Positions 44,001-56,267 of a stretch of DNA of 64,000 nucleotides are shown here, one piece after another. Under the pieces are notes generated by a model. The model saw nothing but the letters and a program-made list of their open reading frames with translations, was not told where the DNA came from and did no database searches. Both the position numbers and the translations under genes were made by a program. This DNA is from Antedon mediterranea (Eukaryota; Animalia; Echinodermata). The stretch lies in assembly GCF_964355755.1 (NCBI RefSeq), contig NC_092679.1, positions 9,454,201 to 9,518,200 on the forward strand. Direction: 5' to 3'. Positions within the stretch are counted from its first letter, which is position 1. Each line of letters opens with the position of its first letter.

Positions 44001-47000
44001 TCACAAAATGGTCTAAAACGTCTCTAAATGCGATTTGAAGCTTTTCTGTACAATTTGATGTTTTTATGTTAACAACTTTTTTCGAAAATCACAAAATGGT
44101 CTAAAATGTCTCCAAATGCGATTTGAAGCTATTCTAAGCACTTTGGTGTTTTTATGTTAACAAGTTTTTTCGAAAATCACAAAATGGTCTAAAACGTCTC
44201 CAAATGCGATTTGAAGCTATTCTGTACACTTTGATGTTTTTATGTTAACAAGTTTTTCGAAAATCACAAAATGGTCTAAAACGTCTACAAATGCGATTTG
44301 AAGCTATTCTGTACACTTTGATGTTTTTATGTTAGCAAGTTTTTTCGAAAATCACAAAATGGTCTAAAACGTCTACAAATGCGATTTGAAGCTAATCTGT
44401 ACACTTTGATGTTTTTATGTTAACAAGTTTTTTCGAAAATCACAAAAGGGTCTAAAATGTCTGTAAATGCGATTTGAAGCTATTTAAAGCACTTTGGTGT
44501 TTTTAGGTTAACAAGTTTTTTCGAAAATCACAAAATGGTCTAAAACGTCTACAAATGCGATTTGAAGCTATTCTAAGCACTTTTGTGTTTTTGTGTTAAG
44601 TTTTTCGAAAATCACAAAATGGTCTAAAACGTTTCCAAATGCGATTTGAAGCTATTCTGTACACTTTGATGTTTTGTGTGAAAATTTTCTTTCGAAATGC
44701 TCAAAATGGTCAAAAACGTTTTTAAATACGATATTAAGCTACTTTGTGCTCTTTGATGTTTTTGTGTGAAATGTTTTATCGAAATGCTCAAAATGGTCTA
44801 AAACGGTTTCTAATGTGATTTCAAGCACTTTGATGTTTTTGTGTAACCAAGTTTTTCGAAAATCACAAAATTGTCTAAAACGTCTCCAAATGCGATTTGA
44901 AGCTATTCTGTACACTTTGATGTTTTTATGTTAACAAGTTTTTCGAAAATCACAAAATGGTCTAAAACGTCTCCAAATGCGATTTGAAGCTATTCTGTAC
45001 ACTTTGATGTTTTTATGTTAACAAGTTTTTCGAAAATCACAAAATGGTCTAAAACGTCTCTAAATGCGATTTGAAGCTTTTCTGTACACTTTAATGTTTT
45101 TATGTTAACAACTTTTTTCGAAAATCACAAAATGGTCTAAAATGTCTCCAAATGCGATTTGAAGCTATTCTAAGCACTTTGATGTTTTTATGTTAACAAG
45201 TTTTTTCGAAAATCACAAAATGGTCTAAAACGTCTACAAATGCGATTTGAAGCTATTCTAAGCACTTTTGTGTTTTTATGTTAACAAGTTTTTTTCGAAA
45301 ATCACAAAATGGTCTAAAACGTTTCAAAATGCGATTTGAAGCTTTTCTTTACACTTTGGTGTTTTTATGTTAACAAGTTTTTTCGAAAATCACAAAATGG
45401 TCTAAAACGTCTCCAAATGCGATTTGAAGCTATTTTAAGCACTTTGGTGCTTTTGTGTAACCAAGTTTTTTCGAAAATCACGAAATGGTCTAAAACGTCT
45501 CCAAATGCGATTTGAAGCTATTCTAAGCACTTTGGTGTTTTTACGTTAACAAGTTTTTTCGAAATTCACAAAATGGTCTAAAACGTCTCCAAATGCGATT
45601 TGAAGCTATTCTGTACACTTTGATGTTTTTATGTTAAGTTTTTTCGAAAATCACAAAATGGTCTAAAACGTTTCCAAATGCGATTTGAAGCTATTCTGTA
45701 CACTTTGATGTTTTGTGTGAAAATTTTCTGTCGAAATGCTCAAAATGGTCAAAAACGTTTTTAAATACGATATTAAGCTACTTTGTGCTCTTTGATGTTT
45801 TTGTGTGAAATGTTTTATCGAAATGCTCAAAATGGTCTAAAACGGTTTCTAATGTGATTTCAAGCACTTTGATGTTTTTTTGTAACCAAGTTTTTCGAAA
45901 ATCACAAAATTGTCTAAAACGTCTCCAAATGCGATTTGAAGCTATTCTGTACACTTTGGTGTTTTTATGTTAACAAGTTTTTTCGAAAATCACCAAATGG
46001 TCTAAAACGTCTCCAAATGCGATTTAAAGCTATTTTAAGCACTTTTGTGTTTTTGTGTAACCAAGTTTTTTCGAAAATCACAAAAGGGTCTAAAATGTAT
46101 GTAAATGCGATTTGAAGCTATTTAAAGCACTTTGGTGTTTTTATGTTAACAAGTTTTTCGAAATGCTCAAAATGGTCTAAAACGTTTTTAAACACGATAT
46201 TAAGCTATTTTGTGCTCTTTGATGTTTTGTGTGAAAATTTTCTGTCGAAATGCTCAAAATGGTCAAAAACGTTTTTAAATACGATATTAAGCTACTTTGT
46301 GCTCTTTGATGTTTTTTTGTGAAAAGTTTTAGCGAAATGCTCAAAATGGTCTAAAACGATTTCTAATGTGATTTTAAGCACTTTGATGTTTTTATGTTAA
46401 CTAGTTTTTTCGAAAATCACAAAATGGTCTAAAACGTCTCCAAATGTGATTTGAAGCTATTCTAAGCACTTTGGTGTTTTTATGTTAACAGTTTTTTCGA
46501 AAATCACAAAATGGTCTAAAACGTTTCCAAATGCGATTTGAAGCTATTCTGTACACTTTGATGTTTTTATGTTAACAAGTTTTTTCGAAAATCACAAAAT
46601 GGTCTAAAACGTCTACAAATGCAATTTGAAGCTATTCTAAGCACTTTTGTGTTTTTATGTTAACAAGTTTTTTCGAAAATCACAAAATGGTCTAAAACGT
46701 CTGCAAATGCGATTTGAAACTATTCTTAGCACATTGGTGTTTTTATTTAAACAAATTTTTTCGAAACTCACAAAATGGTCTAAAACGTCTCCAAATGCGA
46801 TTTGAAGCTATTTTAAGCACTTTGGTGTTTTTGTGTTAACAAGTTTTTCGAAATGCTCAAAATGGTCTAAAACGTTTTTAAACACGATATTAAGCTATTT
46901 GTACTCTTTGATGTTTTTTTGTGAAAAGTTTTAGCAAAATGCTCAAAATGGTCTAAAACGATTTCTAATGTGATTTTAAGCACTTTGATGTTTTTATGTT

Positions 47001-50000
47001 AACTAGTTTTTTCGAAAAACACAAAATGGTCTAAAACGTCTCCAAATGCGATTTGAAGCTATTTTAAGCACTTAGGTGCTTTTGTGTAACCAAGTTTTTT
47101 TGAAAATCACAAAAGGGTCTAAAATGTCTCCAAATGTGATTTGAAGCTATTTTAAGCACTTCGGTGTTTTTGTGTTAACAAGTTTTTCGAAAATCACAAA
47201 ATTGTCTAAAACGTCTCCAAATGCGATTTGAAGCTATTCTGTACACTTTGATGTTTTTATGTTAACAAGTTTTTTAGAAAATCACAAAATGGTCTAAAAC
47301 ATCTCCAAATGCGATTTAAAGCTATTTTAAGCACTTTGGTGTTTTTATGTTAACAAGTTTTTTCGAAAATCACAAAATGGTCTAAAACGTCTCCAAATGC
47401 GATTTGAAGCTATTTTAAGCACTTTGGTGTTTTTGTGTTAACAAGTTTTTCGAAATGCTCAAAATGGTCTAAAACGTTTACAAATGCGATTTGAAGCTAT
47501 TCTGTACACTTTGATGTTTTGTGTGAAAATTTTCTGTCGAAATGCTCAAAATGGTCAAAAACGTTTTTAAATACGATATTAAGCTACTTTGTGCTCTTTG
47601 ATGTTTTTGTGTGAAATGTTTTATCGAAATGCTCAAAATGGTCTAAAACGGTTTCTAATGTGATTTCAAGCACTTTGATGTTTTTGTGTAACCAAGTTTT
47701 TCGAAAATCACAAAATTGTCTAAAACGTCTCCAAATGCGATTTGAAGCTATTCTGTACTCTTTGATGTTTTTATGTTAACAAGTTTTTCGAAAATCACAA
47801 AATGGTCTAAAACGTCTCCAAATGCGATTTTAAGCTATTCTAAGCACTTTGGTGTTTTTATGTTAACAAGTTTTTTTGAAAATCACAAAATGGTCTAAAA
47901 CGTCTCTAAATGAGATTTGAAGCTTTTCTGTACACTTTGATGTTTTTATGTTAACAAGTTTTTCGAAAATCACAAAATGGTCTAAAACGTCTCCAAATGC
48001 GATTTTAAGCTATTCTAAGCACTTTGGTGTTTTTATGTTAACAAGTTTTTTTGAAAATCACAAAATGGTCTAAAACGTCTCTAAATGCGATTTGAAGCGT
48101 TTCTGTACACTTTGATGATTTTATGTTAACAACTTTTTTCGAAAATCACAAAATGGTCTAAAATGTCTTCAAATGCGATTTGAAGCTATTCTAAGCACTT
48201 TGGTGTTTTTATGGAAACAATTTTTTTCGAAAATCACAAAATGGTCTAAAACGTCTCCAATAGCGATTTGAAGCTTTTCTGTACACTTTGGTGTTTTTAT
48301 GTTAACAAGTTTTTTCGAAAATCACAAAATGGTCTAAAACGTCTCCAATAGTGATTTGAAGCTATTCTGTACACTTTGGTGTTTTTATGTTAAGTTTTTT
48401 CGAAAATCACAAAATGGTCTAAAACGTCTCCAAATGCGATTTGAAGCTATTCTGTACACTTTGATGTTTTTATGTTAACAAGTTTTTTCGAAAATCACAA
48501 AATGGTCTAAAACGTCTACAAATGCAATTTGTAGCTATTCTAAGCACTTTTGTGTTTTTATGTTAACAAGTTTTTTCGAAAATCACAAAATGGTCTAAAA
48601 CGTCTGCAAATGCGATTTGAAACTATTCTTAGCCCATTGGTGTTTTTATTTAAACAAATTTTTTCGAAACTCACAAAATGGTCTAAAACGTCTCCAAATG
48701 CGATTTGAAGCTATTTTAAGCACTTTGGTGTTTTTGTGTTAACAAGTTTTTCGAAATGCTCAAAATGGTCTAAAACGTTTTTAAACACGATATTAAGCTA
48801 TTTTGTGCTCTTTGATGTTTTTTTGTGAAAAGTTTTAGCAAAATGCTCAAAATGGTCTAAAACGATTTCTAATGTGATTTTAAGCACTTTGATGTTTTTA
48901 TGTTAACTAGTTTTTTCGAAAATCACAAAATGGTCTAAAACGTCTCCAAATGCGATTTGAAGCTATTTTAAGCACTTAGGTGCTTTTGTGTAACCAAGTT
49001 TTTTTGAAAATCACAAAAGGGTCTAAAATGTCTCCAAATGTGATTTGAAGCTATTTTAAGCACTTTGGTGTTTTTGTCTTAACAAGTTTTTCGAAATGCT
49101 CAAAATGGTCTAAAACGTTTCCAAATGCGATTTGAAGCTATTCTGTACACTTTGATGTTTTGTGTGAAAATTTTCTGTCGAAATGCTCAAAATGGTCAAA
49201 AACGTTTTTAAATACGATATTAACCCTCTTCAAGTTTTTTCGAAAATCACAAAATGGTCTAAAACGTCTCCAAATGCGATTTGAAGCTATTCTGTACACT
49301 TTGATGTTTTTATGTTAACAAGTTTTTTCAAAAATCACAAAATGGTCTAAAACGTCTACAAATGCGATTTGAAGCTATTCTAAGCACTTTTGTGTTTTTA
49401 TGTTAACAAGTTTTTTCGAAAATAACAAAATGGTCTAAAATGTCTGCAAATGCGATTTGAAGCTATTCTTAGCACATTGGTGTTTTTATTTAAACAAATT
49501 TTTTCGAAACTCACAAAATGGTCTAAAACGTCTCCAAATGCGATTTGAAGCTATTTTAAGCACTTTGGTGTTTTTGTGTTAACAAGTTTTTCGAAAAGCT
49601 CAAAATGGTCTAAAACGTTTTTAAACACGATATTAAGCTATTTTGTGCTCTTTGATGTTTTTTTGTGAAAAGTTTTAGTGAAATGCTCAAAATGGTCTAA
49701 AACGATTTCTAATGTGATTTTAAGCACTTTGATGTTTTTATGTTAACTAGTTTTTTCGAAAATCACAAAATGGTCTAAAACGTCTCCAAATGTGATTTGA
49801 AGCTATTCTAAGCACTTTGGTGTTTTTATGTTAACAGTTTTTTCGAAAATCACAAAATGGTCTAAAACGTTTCCAAATGCGATTTGAAGCTATTCTGTAC
49901 ACTTTGATGTTTTTATGGTAACAAGTCTTTTAGAAAATCACAAAATGGTCTAAAACATCTCCAAATGCGATTTAAAGCTATTTTAAGCACTTTTGTGTTT

Positions 50001-53000
50001 TTGTGTAACCAAGTTTTTTCGAAAATCACAAAATGGTCTAAAATGTCTCTAAATGCGATTTGAAGCTACTCTAAGCACTTTGGTGTTTTTATGTTAACAA
50101 GTTTTTTCGAAAATCAATAAATGGTCTAAAATGTCTCCAAATGCGATTTGAAGCTATTCTGTACACTTTGCTGTTTTGTGTGAAAAATGTTTGTCGAAAT
50201 CCTCAAAATGGTCAAAAACGTTTTTAAATACGATATTAAGCTATTTTGTGCTCTTTGATGTTTTCGTGTGAAAAGTTTTATCGAAATACTCAAAATGGTC
50301 TAAAACGGTTTCTAATGTGATTTTAAGCACTTTGATGTTTTTGTGTAACCAAGTTTTTTCGAAAATCACAAAATGGTCTAAAACGTCTCCAAATGCGATT
50401 TGAAGCTATTCTGTACACTTTGGTGTTTTTATGTTAACAAGTTTTTTCGAAAATCACAAAATGGTCTAAAACGTCTCCAAATGCGATTTAAAGCTATTTT
50501 AAGCACTTTTGTGTTTTTGTGTAACCAAGTTTTTTCGAAAATCACAAAAGGGTCTAAAATGTCTGTAAATGCGATTTGAAGCTATTTAAAGCACTTTGGT
50601 GTTTTTAGGTTAACAAGTTTTTTCGAAAATCACAAAATGGTCTAAAACGTCTACAAATGCGATTTGAAGCTATTCTAAGCACTTTTGTGTTTTTATGTTA
50701 ACAAGTTTTTTCGAATATCACAAAAATGGTCTAAAACGTTTCCAAATGCGATTTGAAGCTATTCTGTAAACTTTGATGTTTTGTGTGAAAATTTTCTGTC
50801 GAAATGCTCAAAATGGTCAAAAACGTTTTTAAATACGATATTAAGCTATTCTAAGCACTTTGGTGTTTTTATGTTAACAAGTTTTTTCGAAAATCACAAA
50901 ATGGTATAAAACGTCTCCAAATGCGATTTGAAGCTATTCTAAGCACTTTGGTGTTTTTATGTTAACAAGTTTTTTCGAAAATCACAAAATGGTCTAAAAC
51001 GTTTCCAAATGCGATTTGAAGCTATTCTGTACACTTTGATGTTTTGTGTGAAAATTTTCTTTCGAAATGCTCAAAATGGTCAAAAACGTTTTTAAATACG
51101 ATATTAAGCTACTTTGTGCTCTTTGATGTTTTTGTGTGAAATGTTTTATCAAAATGCTCAAAATGGTCTAAAACGGTTTCTAATGTGATTTCAAGCACTT
51201 TGATGTTTTTGTGTAACCAAGTTTTTTCGAAAATCACAAAATGGTCTAAAACGTCTCCAAATGCGATTTGAAGCTAATCTGTACACTTTGATGTTTTTAT
51301 GTTAACAAGTTTTTTGAAAATCACAAAATGGTCTAAAACGTCTCCAAATGCGATTTTAAGCTATTCTAAGCACTTTGGTGTTTTTATGTTAACAAGTTTT
51401 TTTGAAAATCACAAAATGGTCTAAAACGTCTACAAATGCGATTTGAAGCTATTCTAAGCACTTTTGTGTTTTTGTGTTAACAAGTTTTTCGAAAATCACA
51501 AAATGGTCTAAAACGTCTCCAAATGCGATTTGAAGCTATTCTGTACACTTTGATGTTTTTATGTTAACAAGTTTTTTCGAAAATCACAAAATGGTCTAAA
51601 ACGTCTACAAATGCGATTTGAAGCTATTCTGTACACTTTGATGTTTTTATGTTAACAAGTTTTTTCGAAAATCACAAAATGGTCTAAAACGTTTCCAAAT
51701 GCGATTTGAAGCTATTCTGTACACTTTGATGTTTTGTGTGAAAATTTTCTTTCGAAATGCTCAAAATGGTCAAAAACGTTTTTAAATACGATATTAAGCT
51801 ACTTTGTGCTCTTTGATGTTTTTGTGTGAAATGTTTTATCGAAATGCTCAAAATGGTCTAAAACGGTTTCTAATGTGATTTCAAGCACTTTGATGTTTTT
51901 GTGTAACCAAGTTTTTCGAAAATCACAAAATTGTCTCAAACGTCTCCAAATGCGATTTGAAGCTATTCTGTACACTTTGATGTTTTTATGTTAACAAGTT
52001 TTTCGAAAATCACAAAATGGTCTAAAACGTCTCCAAATGCGATTTGAAGCTATTCTGTACACTTTGATGTTTTTATGTTAACAAGTTTTTCGAAAATCAC
52101 AAAATGGTCTAAAACGTCTCTAAATGCGATTTGAAGCTTTTCTGTACACTTTAATGTTTTTATGTTAACAACTTTTTTCGAAAATCACAAAATGGTCTAA
52201 AATGTCTCCAAATGCGATTTGAAGCTATTCTAAGCACTTTGATGTTTTTATGTTAACAAGTTTTTTCGAAAATCACAAAATGGTCTAAAACGTCTACAAA
52301 TGCGATTTGAAGCTATTCTAAGCACTTTTGTGTTTTTATGTTAACAAGTTTTTTCGAAAATCACAAAATGGTCTAAAACGTTTCAAAATGCGATTTGAAG
52401 CTTTTCTTTACACTTTGGTGTTTTTATGTTAACAAGTTTTTTCGAAAATCACAAAATGGTCTAAAACGTCTCCAAATGCGATTTGAAGCTATTCTGTACA
52501 CTTTGATGTTTTTATGTTAACAAGTTATTTCGAAGATCACAAAATGGTCTAAAACGTCTACAAATGCAATTTGAAGCTATTCTAAGCACTTTTGTGTTTT
52601 TATGTTAACAAGTTTTTTTCGAAAATCACAAAATGGTCTAAAACGTCTGCAAATGCGATTTTAAACTATTCTTAGCACATTGGTGTTTTTATTTAAACAA
52701 ATTTTTTCGAAACTCACAAAATGGTCTAAAACGTCTCCAAATGCGATTTGAAGCTATTTTAAGCACTTTGGTGTTTTTGTGTTAACAAGTTTTTCGAAAT
52801 GCTCAAAATGGTCTAAAACGTTTTTAAACACGATATTAAGCTATTTTGTGCTCTTTGATGTTTTTTTGTGAAAAGTTTTAGCAAAATGCTCAAAATGGTC
52901 TAAAACGATTTCTAATGTGATTTTAAGCACTTTGATGTTTTTATGTTAACTAGTTTTTTCGAAAATCACAAAATGGTCTAAAACGTCTCCAAATGCGATT

Positions 53001-53361
53001 TGAAGCTATTTTAAGCACTTAGGTGCTTTTGTGTAACCAAGTTTTTTTGAAAATCACAAAAGGGTCTAAAATGTCTCCAAATGTGATTTGAAGCTATTTT
53101 AAGCACTTTGGTGTTTTTGTGTTAACAAGTTTTTCGGAAATCACAAAATTGTCTAAAACGTCTCCAAATGCGATTTGAAGCTATTCGGTACACTTTGATG
53201 TTTTTATGTTAACAAGTTTTTTAGAAAATCACAAAATGGTCTAAAACATCTCCAAATGCGATTTAAAGCTATTTTAAGCACTTTGGTGTTTTTATGTTAA
53301 CAAGTTTTTTCGAAAATCACAAAATGGTCTAAAACGTCTCCAAATGCGATTTGAAGCTATT

Positions 53362-53365
53362 TTAA
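53362..53365. other. TTAA target-site duplication, left copy
   Basis: Paralogous empty satellite sites (33394-33397, 40150-40153) have a single TTAA. Confidence 0.9.
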
Positions 53366-53380
53366 AATGGATATGAAAGG
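53366..53380 (+). repeat. Left terminal inverted repeat AATGGATATGAAAGG
   Basis: Exact reverse complement of 56268-56282. Confidence 0.95.
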
Positions 53381-53511
53381 ATTTTAAAATTTCACAAAAA
53401 GGACTTTGTATAAATCCTTTTAATGTTAATAAACAGCACACAAAAAATTAGATTCAAATACCTAGTAGAAATTGAGAAATAAACAAATTAAATTTTGGTA
53501 TAAAACGTCCG

Positions 53512-53783
53512 CAAAATGGCCGACCAACTGGCACGCCATCTTAATTTTTATGAACGTTCTATACGCACGTACGAGATCGTCAAATTTAGAGTTTGAAACA
53601 CCCGGGGTTGTAGCCACGGCAGCAGTCGTTTTGTGATTGGTTAATGAATTTTAATACAGTCCAATCACCGCCTTGTCTCGTTCGCGGACTGTGTGGCGTA
53701 AACAAAATAAACAAACCCATGCTACACGAGACTCGCGTGTTGCTAGCTCCCTGTTGCTGCAGTCGTAGAAAATATCGATATTT
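53512..53783 (+). promoter_or_regulatory. Left subterminal CpG-rich promoter-like motif cluster
   Basis: YY1-like CAAAATGGCCG (53512) and CGCCATCTT (53534); inverted CCAAT pair GTGATTGG (53633) / CCAATCAC (53661); palindrome AAATATCGATATTT (53770-53783) containing the DRE motif TATCGATA. Confidence 0.5.
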
Positions 53784-53789
53784 CACAAA

Positions 53790-54640
53790 TCAATAAAAAG
53801 TTATGTCTGCAAAGATTGTACGTGAAAAGAAGAAAGTGTGTATTTGTACTTCTCACACTAAACCACTCACGCAGACTACAAATTAGGCTAGGTCTAGTAG
53901 ACTATAGTTTCTTCTAAATTCGCTAGTAGTAGGCTAGGCCTACACATGGAGTTACTCCATGGCCTACAGTACAAGAGAGTAGCAGTCGCCGGTCCACCGA
54001 CGAACCTCCAGGAAGTGGACAAGGCGCGGGCGTAGACGTATGTAAAAGGCGACGTAAATAAAAAAGGTAAGCTTGTGTTGAACTTGTTTTTGGCTCTGAC
54101 TTTTGTTATTGACTAATATAGTAATATAATAATACTAATAATTAAAGTAGAGCAGAGGAGGTGAGGCCGAGAGGATTATTATAGTTTAGTTAGTAACTGT
54201 AGTGTAATTAAATAATAACCTCTTTCTGTTTGTTACCAAGTCATAAAATATAATACTATAGGGCCTAGAGGTAGGATTGAATAAAAATAATAGTACATTT
54301 TCATCCATTTATTGGTCTTATCTTTGCAGATTTATGGAATCAACAGTACATGAGATGGCTTTGAAGAACTGTAATAGTACTAGTAATAAAATTGTAAACA
54401 TCAAATTATATGGCAGAAATAGTGTGTGGAATGAATTTTATTGAACAAATGTATCATAATGAGTTTGGAACAAGCAGGATTTTTAAAACAGGACATAAAT
54501 TACTTTTGAGACCTGAGTGATACATTTTAATTCTATCAACACCAGCCAGCTCCATCATATTCAAGAGATGGATTCTTTCATAAATGTCCATTGTACATAG
54601 TATTTGGCTAAATAAATAAAAAAAGAAGTACAGTAGTGGT
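53790..54640 (+). ncRNA. Putative spliced, polyadenylated non-coding transcript or decayed transposon gene (+ strand)
   Basis: Donor AAG|GTAAGC at 54066/54067; acceptor TCTTATCTTTGCAG| ending 54329; possible 30-nt exon 54241-54270 (TCTTTCTGTTTGTTACCAAG| ... GAG|GTAGGA); AATAAATAAA at 54611-54620. Start is approximate; only short ORFs. Confidence 0.4.
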
Positions 54641-54645
54641 TTATT
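54611..54645. terminator. Opposed polyadenylation signals (AATAAA on + at 54611/54615; AATAAA on - at 54645-54640)
   Basis: Direct motif match at the point where the two predicted units converge; the motif alone is common in AT-rich DNA. Confidence 0.45.
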
Positions 54646-55780
54646 TGTTTATATACCCAGACCCATTTAATGGTTAAAAACAAACACTATATGATGCACT
54701 GCTACTAGTGTACTGTCTGGTAGTACATTACCATAGTTACAGTATGACTGTAACCCTAGCACTCGCGTCTAAAGAATTCTATTATGCATATTTTACTATT
54801 CTTCATAAATATTTAGTTCTGTAATTTTAATTGTCTGCGCTCATTCTATACTTGGTGTCTTAGTATACTGCATAAATGTATCGTGCAAGCATGATCCAAG
54901 TAGCATCTATTATAAAGTACTCTGGGTATCTTTCTATTCACCTGAAAAAAGGAAAATGAATAAGCACATGTTTATCTGCCCTCAAAACAAAATAATAATT
55001 TAGTATAATGTATTATGTAGGTTTGATCAACAGTTTAAAATAGCAATGCTCAGTATCTGTTACCTTAATATTATAATTTTACTCTAACATTTGCGCTTCC
55101 ATTCCAATCAATAAATACATTTGCTTATCCCGTCCATCAATTATCATAATTGCACTCCAATTATAGACCTGTAGGTAGGTAAAAATACAAATGAATTGTT
55201 TATTTACTGTATACTGTACTGTATATTGTACTGTATATGATACAAGCTGAAATACCCCTAACTAGGCCTGGCCTGTTATAACCTTTATTACTACATTAGA
55301 GAAAATCCAACTCTATTCATTTTATTGGGAATCATAATACAGTATTTAGTATTCAGTGTTGCCTAGCCTACTACTGTAGCTAGTAGGGCGGCATGTAATA
55401 ACAAAAAAATATTTTAATAATACGTTAGTCAGGACACTACAGCACACAACAATATTAATAAACGTACTTATAAATAATGTGTATATACATAATACAGTAA
55501 CACAATTGTGCCTACCATTAACACCCTCAACGATACATCAAGGAGCATACGCTCTCAGCTCACCTCTGGCCGGGCGACTAAACACCGTATCCAGCAGTCA
55601 TCACTACTAAAAAGGCCTAGGCCTAGCTAGCTCCAGGCCATGGCATTGTCAAACACCATTTACTCGTCCAACCGTTTCTTCAAAACGATGTTAACACCCG
55701 TGTTAACAAGACGATGTGGACGAATTTCCATCAATTTCAGTTAATTACAACGAAATAATAATAAAATGAATGTTTCAATA
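54615..55780 (-). ncRNA. Putative three-exon spliced non-coding transcript or decayed transposon gene (- strand)
   Basis: Minus-strand donor GAG|GTGAGC (55564/55563); acceptor TATTTTTACCTACCTACAG| (55169/55168); 105-nt exon 55168-55064; donor AAG|GTAACA (55064/55063); acceptor TTTTCCTTTTTTCAG| (54942/54941); AATAAA at 54645-54640. Ends are approximate. Confidence 0.5.
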
Positions 55781-55809
55781 ATACGTGTATAATAAATAGC
55801 GAAATAAAC

Positions 55810-56250
55810 ATCGCTCGCGAGGAGGGTCGAGAGAGAGGCCAAGGTGGTCGACTCTGTGATTCTCACGCATGCGCAAAATAACTCCGTGTACCCAGCAAGA
55901 TAGGCATTTGGCTATGAATTTCGTAAAAGATGGCCTTGAAAAACGAAATTAAAATCCGTTTAAAAAAAAACTTGGTTGATAATATGAATTAATTTTATTC
56001 GATTAGGCTAACATACTTATCCAAGAATAAAAATATCAAAGCAATAAGTAATTACTACCATGCTTTTGCATCAATCAATGATTTACTGCTAAATTCCTAT
56101 CTCTGTAATACAAAAATAACTTTTAGTGACGTCACAAAAAGTTTTTCACAGGTTTCTCAGGGGCGTTTTGAGGGCGTTGTCGTCCTCCAAAACATTAAGT
56201 ATGACTATGGCAAGCTTAAAACTGATTGATCTACACGTTGAGCCAATAAA
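55810..56250 (-). promoter_or_regulatory. Right subterminal promoter-like motif cluster
   Basis: CTCGCGAG (55814), NRF1-like ACGCATGCGCA (55865), YY1-like AAGATGGCC (55927), CRE GTGACGTCAC (56126-56135) inside a ~26-bp imperfect palindrome, GGGCGTT x2 (56161, 56172), AGCCAAT (56241). Confidence 0.5.
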
Positions 56251-56267
56251 ATGATATTGCTAGGAAC

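Larger units (their letters stand above)
1..53365. repeat. 88-bp satellite tandem array (left arm), centromeric/pericentromeric-type, with higher-order repeat structure
   Basis: TTTTCGAAAATCACAAAATGGTCTAAAA recurs every ~87-89 bp in one orientation; positions 1, 441, 881 and 1321 start in identical register (440 = 5 x 88). Centromeric location is inference only. Confidence 0.98.

Noticed and set aside
1-53365. CRISPR array interpretation
   Set aside because: No unique spacers; the whole unit is repeated, and there are no cas genes.
53586-53786. 66-aa minus-strand ORF in the transposon
   Set aside because: Non-ATG start, short, lies across the promoter-like region, and shows no recognisable THAP or DDE motif.
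54334-54444. 36-aa ORF MESTVHEMALKNCNSTSNKIVNIKLYGRNSVWNEFY in the predicted last + exon
   Set aside because: Too short, with no recognisable homology; cannot be supported as a CDS without conservation data.
55169-55563. Intronic snoRNA or tRNA in the element
   Set aside because: I could not identify paired C/D or H/ACA boxes with terminal stems, or a cloverleaf; an Infernal/Rfam scan would be needed.
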